From positions 1,504,001 to 1,568,000 of the forward strand of contig OZ242029.1 of the NCBI GenBank assembly GCA_965205015.1: a stretch of DNA of 64,000 nucleotides, in the 5' to 3' direction. Positions 9,108 through 19,182 of the stretch are shown here, in pieces (position 1 is the first letter of the stretch; each line of letters opens with the position of its first letter). The notes under the pieces were generated by a model. That model did not search any database, had not been told where the DNA came from, and saw nothing but the letters and a program-made list of their open reading frames with translations. The position numbers and the translations under genes are program-made. The DNA comes from Candidatus Poribacteria bacterium. GTDB lineage: Bacteria; Poribacteria; WGA-4E; WGA-3G.

Positions 9108-10631
9108 CTAACTCATATCATATCGTAGGAAGGACACATAAGCCACCATGAATAGGACGATATTCCATGCGAATAAAATCAGAATATCCACGGAAGCGCG
9201 CGCGAAACTTTCTGAGATGGAGAGCCTTTTATGTTTAAAAACAGGCAGATCTGCCAAGTCCGCAACCCCCTTATCTGTGGAAAACCATGCCCGCGAAGAA
9301 AACGCTTCTTTATCCTTCAGATATTCGACAATCTCACGTTTATAGGCTCTGGAATCCTGAATAAAATCGTTATAACTCTGCCGGTCGGTTCCTGCTATTG
9401 TCCCGACAGCGAAGTGATATACGTCTGCGAACGAGATACGGGAGAGCGCGTCTGCGAGTTTAGCATTCCGCTCTCGTTCTTCGGCAGGTTTGTTGAGAAT
9501 TTCCTCCGCTTTACTCGCATATTCACTCCGAAGCCGCTCTTGATACCCTAAAAGTTCTTGGAAGATAGTGGTATCCGCTTTAGTAACATTTGTGACGCTA
9601 TAACGCCTGAGTCTGAAATAGCCTCCCGTATGGGAACTCGAACCTAACCCCGTTGAACTCGTCTCAGGTTCCCAAACAATTGACGCTTGCAAATTGTCAT
9701 AGCCTCTCTGTTGGAAGTAGGCATCCCGCTCTTTTTTGTACTCGTCCCAAACATCAAAGGCAGGTTGAAGAAATGTCCCTTCAGATTGCGACACATACGG
9801 CGAGAATTTGTCCACTGCAAACGTTACAACATTCGCATGCACACTCGTCAGGACCACCCAGATAAACATGGAAAGGATTAAGGTCGTTGCAGCTGTCTTC
9901 GTCCAAACTGACAGGAGCAATCCCAGAAGATACCACGTCGACACGTACAACAATGAGACCCCAAACATCAGGATGATATGCGTAATATCGTTTCCATCAA
10001 ACCCGGTAACTGGAGAAGAAACAGCGATGAGGAGTGCCACGATTAAACTCACCAAAACGATCGGGAACAGCGACAGCATCCCACCGAGATATTTTCCCAA
10101 AACGACTGTATCCCTCGGTATCGAATTGGACAATACAAGCTTCAGCGTGCCGTCTTCCCTCTCTCCCGAAATCGTATTGTAAGCGAACAGAATTGCCAAC
10201 GCGCTCAGCACGATCTTGAAGATGAAAACCACATCAACTGTCAGGAACATCGCAAGGAAGGGGTTGTCTGAGCCTCGTTTCTGTGTCGGTGCCCCCCACA
10301 TAGGGGAGGAGAATTCAAAGATAGGCTTTCCCAATTCAACGGTGACCGTATTTGCCCCCTCATTCTCCGCTCCGACGTTAAAGATACTCAACGGATTCGG
10401 TTTTCGGTGCGCTTTCGGTTTGATGTCGACATAGAGATCCCATTCCCGCGCTTCCACCTCCGCCTCCCGGACAGCGGTATTGTACCCCGACAAACGCTTC
10501 TCATAATCGTCCACTTGGACGAAAACGGCAACAGCGGTTGAAAGCACACATACAATAAACCCAATCATGAAGCGGGATGTCAACACATTCGAGACGAATT
10601 CTCGTTGGATAACCAGCCAAAGTGTCTGCAT
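9108..10631 (-). CDS. ABC-2 type transporter permease (type A, copy 1)
   Basis: Same motifs as 4647..6185; GGAGG RBS upstream of ATG 10631. Confidence 0.85.
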   Translation of the reverse strand: MQTLWLVIQREFVSNVLTSRFMIGFIVCVLSTAVAVFVQVDDYEKRLSGYNTAVREAEVEAREWDLYVDIKPKAHRKPNPLSIFNVGAENEGANTVTVELGKPIFEFSSPMWGAPTQKRGSDNPFLAMFLTVDVVFIFKIVLSALAILFAYNTISGEREDGTLKLVLSNSIPRDTVVLGKYLGGMLSLFPIVLVSLIVALLIAVSSPVTGFDGNDITHIILMFGVSLLYVSTWYLLGLLLSVWTKTAATTLILSMFIWVVLTSVHANVVTFAVDKFSPYVSQSEGTFLQPAFDVWDEYKKERDAYFQQRGYDNLQASIVWEPETSSTGLGSSSHTGGYFRLRRYSVTNVTKADTTIFQELLGYQERLRSEYASKAEEILNKPAEERERNAKLADALSRISFADVYHFAVGTIAGTDRQSYNDFIQDSRAYKREIVEYLKDKEAFSSRAWFSTDKGVADLADLPVFKHKRLSISESFARASVDILILFAWNIVLFMVAYVSFLRYDMS

Positions 10632-10658
10632 CAAGGCACCTCCGATAGTAGGTTTCGG

Positions 10659-10726
10659 TTCGTAGTAGGGCGATTCATCGCCCGTTTGTCCCGCGAAGGA
10701 TGCGCAATGAATTGCGCTACTACAAA
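10659..10726. repeat. REP doublet (REPIN-like)
   Basis: GTAGTAGGGCGATTCATCGCCC ... GCGCAATGAATTGCGCTACTAC in inverted orientation. Confidence 0.75.
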
Positions 10727-10792
10727 CAACGATGAACCACCCTCAACTATTTATTCTCCATTGATCGCTCAGATTGCATATCCTGCAGATGC

Positions 10793-11602
10793 CTATTCAT
10801 AAACGATTGTCCGTCGCTTAATATCCCCCCAAGTGGTGGCAATTTTGTCTCTTGATGAAACCGCGAGAAAGTCTTTCATTGCTTCCGTAATTTCGGCTTC
10901 GGTGAGGGCACGTCGCCAGACACCCACTTCGTCAATAGAACCGTTTCTGAAGATATATCCCGGATGGCCTACCGCGCATCCAATGCGCAGATCTGAGTCA
11001 TTAGTTCCCATGAATTCAAACTCCTGCTCGCCATCAGAACGGATTACGCCATCCAGATAGATTCTCTTGGTCTTACCATCGTAAGTTCCTGCGATGTGAT
11101 GCCAGCTTTTATTTTCCATGGGTCCCGAGGTGATGAATCTCTTCTCCCCCCGACCTTCACCCAAGATCATGCCGATCTTTGGACCCTTGAATTCAATATG
11201 ACTTTCAAAGAACCCCATGCTGTAGGACCGCTTCTGATGAATCGGGTTTTGACTGCCTCTATCAAGCCACGCTCCCCAAGCCTTTTCCCAATCTTCATGA
11301 TATACCCAAGCCATCATTGTTATCTCATCTTCTATTTTTAGAAGGTCGTCCGCCGGGATATTGACGCACTCATCGCCTTCTGCTGCAGCGGCAATATGAA
11401 TCGCATCTCCATACTTGCCTTTAACAAAATCTACATTGGCGACGACATCGGCATGGAGATCATTGCCAGAGGCATCCAGAATCTTCTTGCCCTTCACGTT
11501 GTCAAAGGTAAAATAAAAAACAAGGTCATCCTCCAGTTCAGCAGTCGCTTGGCTTGTTGTGAATAATAGTGCAGCGATGAAAAGAAATGCTATCGATTTC
11601 AT
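10793..11602 (-). CDS. Secreted LamG-like jellyroll protein with C-terminal DKIATTWGDIK motif
   Basis: Signal peptide; LVFYFTFD, WHHIAGTYDG, GSIDEVGVWRRAL. Confidence 0.85.
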   Translation of the reverse strand: MKSIAFLFIAALLFTTSQATAELEDDLVFYFTFDNVKGKKILDASGNDLHADVVANVDFVKGKYGDAIHIAAAAEGDECVNIPADDLLKIEDEITMMAWVYHEDWEKAWGAWLDRGSQNPIHQKRSYSMGFFESHIEFKGPKIGMILGEGRGEKRFITSGPMENKSWHHIAGTYDGKTKRIYLDGVIRSDGEQEFEFMGTNDSDLRIGCAVGHPGYIFRNGSIDEVGVWRRALTEAEITEAMKDFLAVSSRDKIATTWGDIKRRTIVYE

Positions 11603-11634
11603 TGATACTTCCTCCCAGAGATTTCAAAATCCAA

Positions 11635-12438
11635 TTAGTCAGCAACTGCCCTCTGCTTCACATCGCCCCAAGTGGCGGCAACCTTGTCTTCCGGTGAAAC
11701 TACGAGGAAACCTTTCATCGCCTTCTCAATTTCCGCCTGAGAGAGCGCACGTCGCCAGACACCCACTTCGTCAATAGAGCCATTCTTGAAGGTATACTGT
11801 GGATGGTTTTTGGTACATCCGATGCGAAGGTCTATGTCATTGGCCCCACTGAATTCAAATGCTCTGTCAACGTTGGAGAGGATTTCGCCATTCAAATAGA
11901 TCTTTGCGGTCTTACCATCGTAAGTCCCAGCAATGTGGTGCCAGTTTTTATCTACCATTGCCCCCGTGGTGTTGAAGCCATACACGGCTTGGATTCCGCC
12001 TAAACGCATTCCAATATTTGGGCCCTTGAATGCCCCGACATCATTGATGAGTCCCATACTGTAGCCCTTCTTCTCCTCACCCAAAACATAACTACCCTTG
12101 TCAAACCACATTCCTGAATTCTTATCCCAATCTTCATTGAATACCCAAGCCATCATCGTTATCTTGTCTTCGAGTTTTAACAGATCATCCGTGGGGATAT
12201 GGACGCACTCATCGTCTTCCGCTACAGCGGCAATATGAAGCGCATTCCCATATTTGCCTTTGACAAAATCTACATTTGCGATGATTTCAGCATCAAGATC
12301 ATTGCCAGAGGCATCAAGAACCCTCTTACCCTTCACGTTGTCAAAGGAAAAAAACACAACCAGATCTTTATCGAGTCCCGCAAAGACTTGGCTCCCTGCA
12401 AATAGTACAAGAATCAAAGGAAATAGTATCCGTTTCAT
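11635..12438 (-). CDS. Secreted LamG-like jellyroll protein with C-terminal DKVAATWGDVK motif (paralog of 10793..11602)
   Basis: Signal peptide; WHHIAGTYDG, GSIDEVGVWRRAL; 4-bp overlap with upstream gene. Confidence 0.85.
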   Translation of the reverse strand: MKRILFPLILVLFAGSQVFAGLDKDLVVFFSFDNVKGKRVLDASGNDLDAEIIANVDFVKGKYGNALHIAAVAEDDECVHIPTDDLLKLEDKITMMAWVFNEDWDKNSGMWFDKGSYVLGEEKKGYSMGLINDVGAFKGPNIGMRLGGIQAVYGFNTTGAMVDKNWHHIAGTYDGKTAKIYLNGEILSNVDRAFEFSGANDIDLRIGCTKNHPQYTFKNGSIDEVGVWRRALSQAEIEKAMKGFLVVSPEDKVAATWGDVKQRAVAD

Positions 12439-15428
12439 TTTTTCTCCTCCAATGGATATTGATGTGGAACGATTTCAACAATTTTATCTCCAGCGTTCGC
12501 CTCGAAAAAGGCGGCAACATCATCAATCATCTCAGTCTTGATTTCATGTCTGGTATTCTCGTAGGTAACAAATTGCGCAGGAATACCAAGTGCCGTGTAT
12601 ATCGCCTGACTCATGTCCCATCGATCCGGCATCATTTTCGCGCCAATGAGGCTTTTGACCAACTCGGCATCCACCTCATCATAAGCATCCGGATACGGAA
12701 GGGTATCATTGTCATCCAAGGCACCCATGTAGATGTACTGGGAGACTTTTTTATACGCTGCTTCATCAAAGTCAACCCCAGCGATCTCTTTCACGTCCGC
12801 AATTCCAACCGGGTAACGCATCGTCGTACCGTTCCATTGACCCGTTGGGAAGGTCGGAATGCAGTTGATGCCACCCGTTGCGACAGCGCGAACAACCGTT
12901 GGGTGTAAAATGGTAAACCGATTTGTAAATGTCCCGGAAGCTGAAAACCCGTTCATGAAGACCTTCTCATCCACCTTGACATCATTGTGTCGTAGGAGCC
13001 TTTGGGCATGATTTATCATTCTGATGAGTTGCAAGTCGATCCGCCTAAGTCCTCCTTCTTGAATCAGGAGGGTATCTCTATCTAAAGCGTGCGTGTAGAT
13101 ATGTCCCCGATCTCCGCCGGGTCTCGGAAAAACTGGAACGAGCAATGGGACTTTCAGTTTTCTTGCGATTGCAGTCGCATGCGATCCCTCCGCTAATTCC
13201 TTTGTACTCCTATCGTGGATTTTAAAATTGTCACTCAGTGTTCCCGTGTTGCAAGGCTCTATCAGTAGATGAACCGGTTTGCTGGAATCCATTCCTCGTG
13301 GAACGAACAGATAATACGGAAAAGCAAATCCTTCTGTGAGGTCGGCTGAAATGCGATAAAGCAATTCATTCGAGAGATCGAGTTCTTCAATATCTGTTAC
13401 ATGGATAGGTGTCATATCCACAAAAGTAGGCGTAACTGGATCGGGACCTTCCGTTGTAAATGTTAGGATATACTCTTCCAGCGGAACGCCAGTCATATTC
13501 CTGTAACCTTCATTGCGTCCCAATATAAGTCTATAGATTTTTGAAGGTGATAGACGTTGATTAAACGAAATAACGAGGGTTGTATTGTCATCTTCCCACT
13601 GGATATCACCGAGTGGAACCCCGGCAAACCCGACATCCATTCCCTGCATCCTCTCGCTGAAGACGATTCGTATCTCTTTCAGATCCGTAGAAACTTTTTT
13701 AGATACGTCGGGAATAGTTCTTTCTACTTTTGGCGGTGTTGTCCCTTGTTGCGCCAAATCGGCATTTTCGGCGACTTGCCATTTCTCAATAACCGCTTCG
13801 TCCCGGTAACTATTTTGCCATCTATATGTCCACGTGTTATCAATCTGCAAGGGAAGGTATTCTTCTCCTTTGGCTGGAACATTGTATTCAAGCAGCTCCG
13901 CCTCCGTAACGACACCGTTGGCATGTTCATAGCGCATTTTCACGAGTCCAACACCTTTAGCGAACCATAAATAACGCGTGCCGTTGACAAGCGAACTCTT
14001 GCGCTCAGCACCGGCATTAGCACCTGTGAAGACGGTTTTATGCTTCAGGCATATTGTGAAAATGTCCGCGGAGACATCCACGGCTTCATAGCCCTCCAAG
14101 GTTGTCTCCACCTGTGAATCCCAATCCCCTTCCTGGGTCCAAGTATCTCCAACAACCAGGGGAAATCTAAATAGGTCTGTTGGATGGTGCACAAGATAAC
14201 GGACCAACATGTACCTCGGCGATGGATCGTTTTTCCCCATTCCACGAGTTTGATAACTTGCGGAGGTCAAAGCCGTATCGGTTTCCCTGAGCGTAACAGT
14301 GCCATCCGCCAAATGTTGTCCGGTTTCCGTAGCAGCGTTGGCACTTAGAACAATGGTGCGTTCATCTGAATATTGATACGGGTTAATTTCAACTATATCG
14401 GCACCCGAATTCGCCTCAAAAAACGCGACGACATCATCAATCATCTCCCGCCTGATTTCATGTCGAGTATTCTCATAAGTAACAAATTGCGCGGGAATTT
14501 CAAGTGTCTTGTATATCGACTGACTCACGTCCCACCGATCCGGCATCATTTTCGCGCCGATGAGGCTTTTGACTAACTCGGCATCTACTTCATCATAAGC
14601 ATCCCGGTACGGAACGGTATCGTTGTTATCCAACGCACCCATATAAATGTATTGGGAGACACGTTTATATGCCGCTTCGTCAAAGTCAATCCCGGTGATC
14701 TCTTTTACGTCCGCTATGCCGACGGGATAACGCATTGGGGTCCCGTTCCATTGATCTGTTGGGAAGGTCAGAATGCAGTTGACACCCCCCGTCGCGACGG
14801 CTCGGACAATCTTTGGGTGCAAAATCGCAAACCGATTCGTAAACGTCCCAGAAGCTGAAAATCCGTTCATGAAAACTCGCTCATTTATCTTCATGTTGTT
14901 GTGCCGCAGGAGCCCTTGGGCATGATTTATCATTTTGATCAGCTGCAGGTCAATTCTCTTGAGATCTCCGTCCGCAATCAGAAGGGTGTCTCTATCTAAG
15001 GAATGCGTATAGATTCGCCACCGCTCTCCACCCGGTCTCGGGAAAACAGGCACCAGTAGCGGAACTCCTAACTTGCGTGCGATTTTGTTAGCGTGGGAGG
15101 ATTTTTTTAATGCCAAGGACTTTGCTTTGCTATCATGGCGTTCAAAATCGTCACTGGTCGTTCCTGTATTACACGGTTCTACGAATAGATGAACCGGTTT
15201 GCTGGAATCCATCCCTTCTGGGACAAACAGATAATATGGGAAGGAAAATCCGGCTGCAGGGTTTGCTGATACACGTGCAGCTAACCCCTTTGAAAGATCC
15301 AGGTTCCCGGTATCTTCAATGTGAACAAAATCAATGGGTAGTGCTGTATCTTGCTGCGCCAAAAGGGTGGCTGATGCCCCGCACAAAAAGATCATTAACA
15401 CGCCCAACAGGATAAAAGGGGTTGCCAT
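12435..15428 (-). CDS. Secreted multidomain protein: alpha/beta-hydrolase - shared beta module - Ig-like (Big_5-like) - alpha/beta-hydrolase
   Basis: Signal peptide; two near-identical copies of MNGFSASG, GALD(N/D)ND and ENTRHEI; central NGTRYLWFAKGVGLVKMRYEHANG module; TPPKVERTIP..IRIVFSERM..YILTFTT. Confidence 0.75.
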   Translation of the reverse strand: MATPFILLGVLMIFLCGASATLLAQQDTALPIDFVHIEDTGNLDLSKGLAARVSANPAAGFSFPYYLFVPEGMDSSKPVHLFVEPCNTGTTSDDFERHDSKAKSLALKKSSHANKIARKLGVPLLVPVFPRPGGERWRIYTHSLDRDTLLIADGDLKRIDLQLIKMINHAQGLLRHNNMKINERVFMNGFSASGTFTNRFAILHPKIVRAVATGGVNCILTFPTDQWNGTPMRYPVGIADVKEITGIDFDEAAYKRVSQYIYMGALDNNDTVPYRDAYDEVDAELVKSLIGAKMMPDRWDVSQSIYKTLEIPAQFVTYENTRHEIRREMIDDVVAFFEANSGADIVEINPYQYSDERTIVLSANAATETGQHLADGTVTLRETDTALTSASYQTRGMGKNDPSPRYMLVRYLVHHPTDLFRFPLVVGDTWTQEGDWDSQVETTLEGYEAVDVSADIFTICLKHKTVFTGANAGAERKSSLVNGTRYLWFAKGVGLVKMRYEHANGVVTEAELLEYNVPAKGEEYLPLQIDNTWTYRWQNSYRDEAVIEKWQVAENADLAQQGTTPPKVERTIPDVSKKVSTDLKEIRIVFSERMQGMDVGFAGVPLGDIQWEDDNTTLVISFNQRLSPSKIYRLILGRNEGYRNMTGVPLEEYILTFTTEGPDPVTPTFVDMTPIHVTDIEELDLSNELLYRISADLTEGFAFPYYLFVPRGMDSSKPVHLLIEPCNTGTLSDNFKIHDRSTKELAEGSHATAIARKLKVPLLVPVFPRPGGDRGHIYTHALDRDTLLIQEGGLRRIDLQLIRMINHAQRLLRHNDVKVDEKVFMNGFSASGTFTNRFTILHPTVVRAVATGGINCIPTFPTGQWNGTTMRYPVGIADVKEIAGVDFDEAAYKKVSQYIYMGALDDNDTLPYPDAYDEVDAELVKSLIGAKMMPDRWDMSQAIYTALGIPAQFVTYENTRHEIKTEMIDDVAAFFEANAGDKIVEIVPHQYPLEEKK

Positions 15429-15498
15429 TTTTTATCTTCTCCTAATTTCGCTTGAAAACCGATGAAATCTCAAGGGACAATTTGAAAAATATATATTA

Positions 15499-15568
15499 CC
15501 TTGTGACGCTATGTCGTATTTTAAGGGCGGAAAGGTTGCATAAAATGAATTTTATGCCAATTTTTTTG
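15499..15568 (-). promoter_or_regulatory. Putative ECF sigma promoter (TGCAACC-N17-CGACAT) with overlapping palindrome, copy 2
   Basis: ~70-bp block nearly identical to 24612-24683; GCATAAAAT-GA-ATTTTATGC palindrome overlaps the -35. Confidence 0.7.
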
Positions 15569-15638
15569 CTAACTATGGTAAATTTCAGAATGACTTGGAC
15601 ATTGTGACCCGTGAATTTTCGGGTCAAAGGAGGCGTGA

Positions 15639-16778
15639 ATGGATACCTTATCTACGCATAACTGTTCCCCGGAAAACCGTGTGGATGATCTGTTACGACC
15701 GGAAGTGCTTCAGGCGTTTGAGCGTGCTACGTTTGAGCGCGATGGATATTGGGTGTGGGAAGGGATACTGACGGACGCTGCCCGTAAACGGTGGACAGCC
15801 AGCTTGCAGAAGTTACAGCAGATGAACGATGCGATCCTCATGGATACGGAGTGGAGTGCTATCGACTTTGAGGCGCGGGGATTTCCTCCGCCTTCGCCTG
15901 AACAAATCACACCGGAGTTTTTGGCAGCGTGCTGTGGCGGTTCAGAGCAAATGCCGGGTTTCCTCAGAACCGCTGAGTTGCGTCAATATATGCACACCTA
16001 CGGGCTATTCGGGCCGGGAGCGGCGTTGATCACACATGGATTCGAGTCGCAAGGCGTTATGCCGGAATACTTCCCTGCCGGATATGACGAATTTATCATG
16101 GATGTGACCAGTGCTCACCCGCAAATGATGGCACTCTTCACGAAACTTTTCGGGGACCGATTCATACTTGACCACTGTTTTATGCTCAACCGGGCGATCG
16201 GTTCAAAAGGACGTCGATGGCATGCACATCAGTATCGGGATGGGCAGTACGAAGTTGAGGACCCCATTGGGACCGGAAACGCCCTTACCCCTGAATTTCT
16301 AAAACGACAGTGTATTCGGACGCTGTGCTATCCAGAAGGGGCAACCATCGAAGAGGGTGGAGAACTTGCGATTATCCCTGGAGCGCATCTCTATCGCATT
16401 CCGTACAAATGGAGCACAGAACGACCCGATGATGACGCTGCCATGAAAGCAGGGTGGTTGAAGGGTAAAATTCACGCCTTTACAAGGAAACCCTTAGAAA
16501 TTGTACATCTCTCGCTACCGCCCGGAAGCATGGTGTCCTTTGTCCATCATATGCCGCATTATGTTGGTTATCGAAAACCGGGGACGACGACTCGGTGGGG
16601 ACTCCTGATGGCGTATCGAACGCCCGACCCGGATGCAGAACCGGAAAAGTGGACAAATGGTATTCCCACCCATTGGGTGGAACAGGCCGCGGCTCAAGGA
16701 AAGCTGTCTGCTGCGGCGCAGCGTGTGTTTGAGGCTGATAATCCCATCCACAAGCATCTGAGAACGTACCGGTCATAA
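15639..16778 (+). CDS. Phytanoyl-CoA dioxygenase (PhyH)-like Fe(II)/2OG oxygenase
   Basis: FERDGYWVWEGIL, RRWHAH, LAIIPGAHL, LPPGSMVSFVHHMPH; GGAGG RBS. Confidence 0.7.
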   Translation: MDTLSTHNCSPENRVDDLLRPEVLQAFERATFERDGYWVWEGILTDAARKRWTASLQKLQQMNDAILMDTEWSAIDFEARGFPPPSPEQITPEFLAACCGGSEQMPGFLRTAELRQYMHTYGLFGPGAALITHGFESQGVMPEYFPAGYDEFIMDVTSAHPQMMALFTKLFGDRFILDHCFMLNRAIGSKGRRWHAHQYRDGQYEVEDPIGTGNALTPEFLKRQCIRTLCYPEGATIEEGGELAIIPGAHLYRIPYKWSTERPDDDAAMKAGWLKGKIHAFTRKPLEIVHLSLPPGSMVSFVHHMPHYVGYRKPGTTTRWGLLMAYRTPDPDAEPEKWTNGIPTHWVEQAAAQGKLSAAAQRVFEADNPIHKHLRTYRS

Positions 16779-16809
16779 TGTCCAAGTCATGCTAAAATTT
16801 ACCATAAAA

Positions 16810-19182
16810 TTACCGACTGTTGCCCAATATTTCTGACCAGATCGAACGTTGCGATCCTGTACTATCTGCGCTTTTCGTGATGGTAACACCAATAGTATCC
16901 GCTTCCAACGGCGGTTTCTTGGAAGCGTCCCCACCTAATGTAACAGGTAAGATCATTTCTGTACCCTCTCGTCCAAGGGTTAACTCCACCACATCGCCGG
17001 ATTTCCACCGCTTGGCAAGTTTCGCTATGTCGCTAAATGAATTCACGGGTGTACCATTGATGGCAGCCAGATGATCTCCATCTTGATACGCAGGGGATTT
17101 ATCAATAATCACATCCCCCGCCGGCGTTTGTGTAAGGGACCGGATACCGAGCATCTCTTTGAAAACATAACCGAGGTCGGGAAGTTCCTCCTCTATCTGT
17201 ACATCCAGACCCGCCTCTCCGAAATATTCAGCGAGCGGCAATTTTTCCGTTCCCGAAACATACTTTCGGAAGAACGGCTCAAAATTTTTATCCGCAACGT
17301 CAGTAACAATGCGGATGACATCATCTATCGTATACTTTTCACCGGTGGTCCCAAACTCCTGATACATCTGCTTCATTACGTCGTCCAGACTCTTTTGTCC
17401 CGCGTCTATTGAGACGTGTGTGAGTTTGCGGATTTGCACATCTAATGCAGCGGCAACCAGACCGCCACCGCGATAGACTAAACCCGAGTTCGCCATTTTG
17501 GCTTCACCCGCCCTGCGTAGGGAGAGTTTCCCCACCTGACCCAGATACGACTCACAGGAACGCCCAAGGTTTTTGAGGAAATCGCCTTCAGAAAGGAGCC
17601 CAAGCTGAACAGAGATAATCCTTGAATAATAATCGGTGAACCCTTCCATAAACCAGTATTCCTGCTCATCAAAAAAATCAATAGCTGTGCCGATCCAGAT
17701 ATGGCAAATTTCATGTGCGACCAGCGGCACCCAAAAATTCTTACTGGTTTCATCTAAGGATCCACCCATCAGAACGCTGATGCTGTGTCCAGAAACACCG
17801 CCGCACGTTTCACCTTTCCCGCCATAAGGATTTGCGACAAATAGCATCCTGCCCTTCGGGGTACCACCGAATACCCTTGAATACGCGTGTAAAAGTGCTT
17901 CCACTGTGCGTTGCATTTCATCAGCGGCGGCTTTAAAGCGCCCACCGATTGCGACTACAATCTCCGCCTCTTTAGACTTCGCCACCTTCTCAGAATGCGT
18001 GCCAAGCACCATATACGCATACATCAAATCGTCCTGATCTCCAATAGCAAAACGGTGTCCTTTATCGCCAATGCGCTGCCAAGGGGTCGAGACGTGCCAA
18101 TTCTCTGGCACATCAACATAGAGTTCGATATCGCTCGCCTCACCAACGATAAACAAGGCATATCCAGGACAGAAAATACAGTCTTCTTGGAGATATGGAG
18201 CCTCACTCTGACCGGTGGGCCACTCTCGTTCATCATGGTTCAGCAGTACTTTGTAACTCAGCGTCACAGGCGATTTATCCGTTGTTTTAATTGCCCAACG
18301 CGTTTTACCGAGGAGCACCTGTGGCAATTTTTCTCCGTCAGCATTCGTGACTGATATATCCCTGAGGTACCTTTCATATCCATCATGTATATTTTCCGTG
18401 CCAAACTCACTCATGGATAACAAGAGGGTCTCGCCACTGTTCCGTTTTGGGGTTAAGACGCAACTGACGTGCGCCACGCGTCGCTCATCAGCATCTATTT
18501 TGATCTCATACCTCGCTGACGCAAGTTCCATCGGGTTCCCTAAATCTTCAGGTTTTTCAAAATTTCTGACGACGCGACACGTCTCAATAACCGCTTCGTC
18601 ACGATAATCGTTCTGCCACTTATATCGCCACATATTACCGACTTGTAAGGGAAGGTATTCTTGTGCTTCGGTAGGAACTTCATATTCAAGCAACTCAGCT
18701 TCCGTAACAACACCGTTGGCATGCTCATAACGCATCTTTACAACTCCAATGCCTTCGGCGAACCATAGATAGCGCGTGCCGTTCACAAGCGAGTTTCGCT
18801 GTTCAGAACCCGCTTCCGCGTCCGTAAAGACTGTCTTATGCTTTAGGCAATCAGAAAAGATGCCTGCGGAAATTTTTACCGACTCATAGCCTTCCAAGCT
18901 TGTCTTTGTCCGCGTGTTCCAGTGTCCTCCTTCCGTCCAGATATCCCCAATCCTTATAGGAAATCGAAAGAGGTCAGTTTCATGGTGACTGATATAATAC
19001 AGCAACATATACCTCGGCGATGGATCGCTCCCACCGGTCCCACTGGAGCCAAAATCGGTGGATGTCAAAGCCGTATCGGTTCTTTCGAGATCGAAAACGC
19101 CTTCTGCCAAACGCATTCCACTTTCTGTAGCGGCACTGGCACTCAGGACGATGTTACGTTCGGATTTAATCGTTTCTTCCAT
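16810..19182 (-). CDS. M61-like zinc metallopeptidase with PDZ domain and N-terminal shared beta module (predicted active)
   Basis: VAHEICHIW...WFMEGFTDYY gluzincin motif; YRGGGLVAAALDVQIR, SLDDVMK; PDZ-like C-terminus; start MEETIKSERN at 19182 matches paralog start. Confidence 0.8.
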   Translation of the reverse strand: MEETIKSERNIVLSASAATESGMRLAEGVFDLERTDTALTSTDFGSSGTGGSDPSPRYMLLYYISHHETDLFRFPIRIGDIWTEGGHWNTRTKTSLEGYESVKISAGIFSDCLKHKTVFTDAEAGSEQRNSLVNGTRYLWFAEGIGVVKMRYEHANGVVTEAELLEYEVPTEAQEYLPLQVGNMWRYKWQNDYRDEAVIETCRVVRNFEKPEDLGNPMELASARYEIKIDADERRVAHVSCVLTPKRNSGETLLLSMSEFGTENIHDGYERYLRDISVTNADGEKLPQVLLGKTRWAIKTTDKSPVTLSYKVLLNHDEREWPTGQSEAPYLQEDCIFCPGYALFIVGEASDIELYVDVPENWHVSTPWQRIGDKGHRFAIGDQDDLMYAYMVLGTHSEKVAKSKEAEIVVAIGGRFKAAADEMQRTVEALLHAYSRVFGGTPKGRMLFVANPYGGKGETCGGVSGHSISVLMGGSLDETSKNFWVPLVAHEICHIWIGTAIDFFDEQEYWFMEGFTDYYSRIISVQLGLLSEGDFLKNLGRSCESYLGQVGKLSLRRAGEAKMANSGLVYRGGGLVAAALDVQIRKLTHVSIDAGQKSLDDVMKQMYQEFGTTGEKYTIDDVIRIVTDVADKNFEPFFRKYVSGTEKLPLAEYFGEAGLDVQIEEELPDLGYVFKEMLGIRSLTQTPAGDVIIDKSPAYQDGDHLAAINGTPVNSFSDIAKLAKRWKSGDVVELTLGREGTEMILPVTLGGDASKKPPLEADTIGVTITKSADSTGSQRSIWSEILGNSR

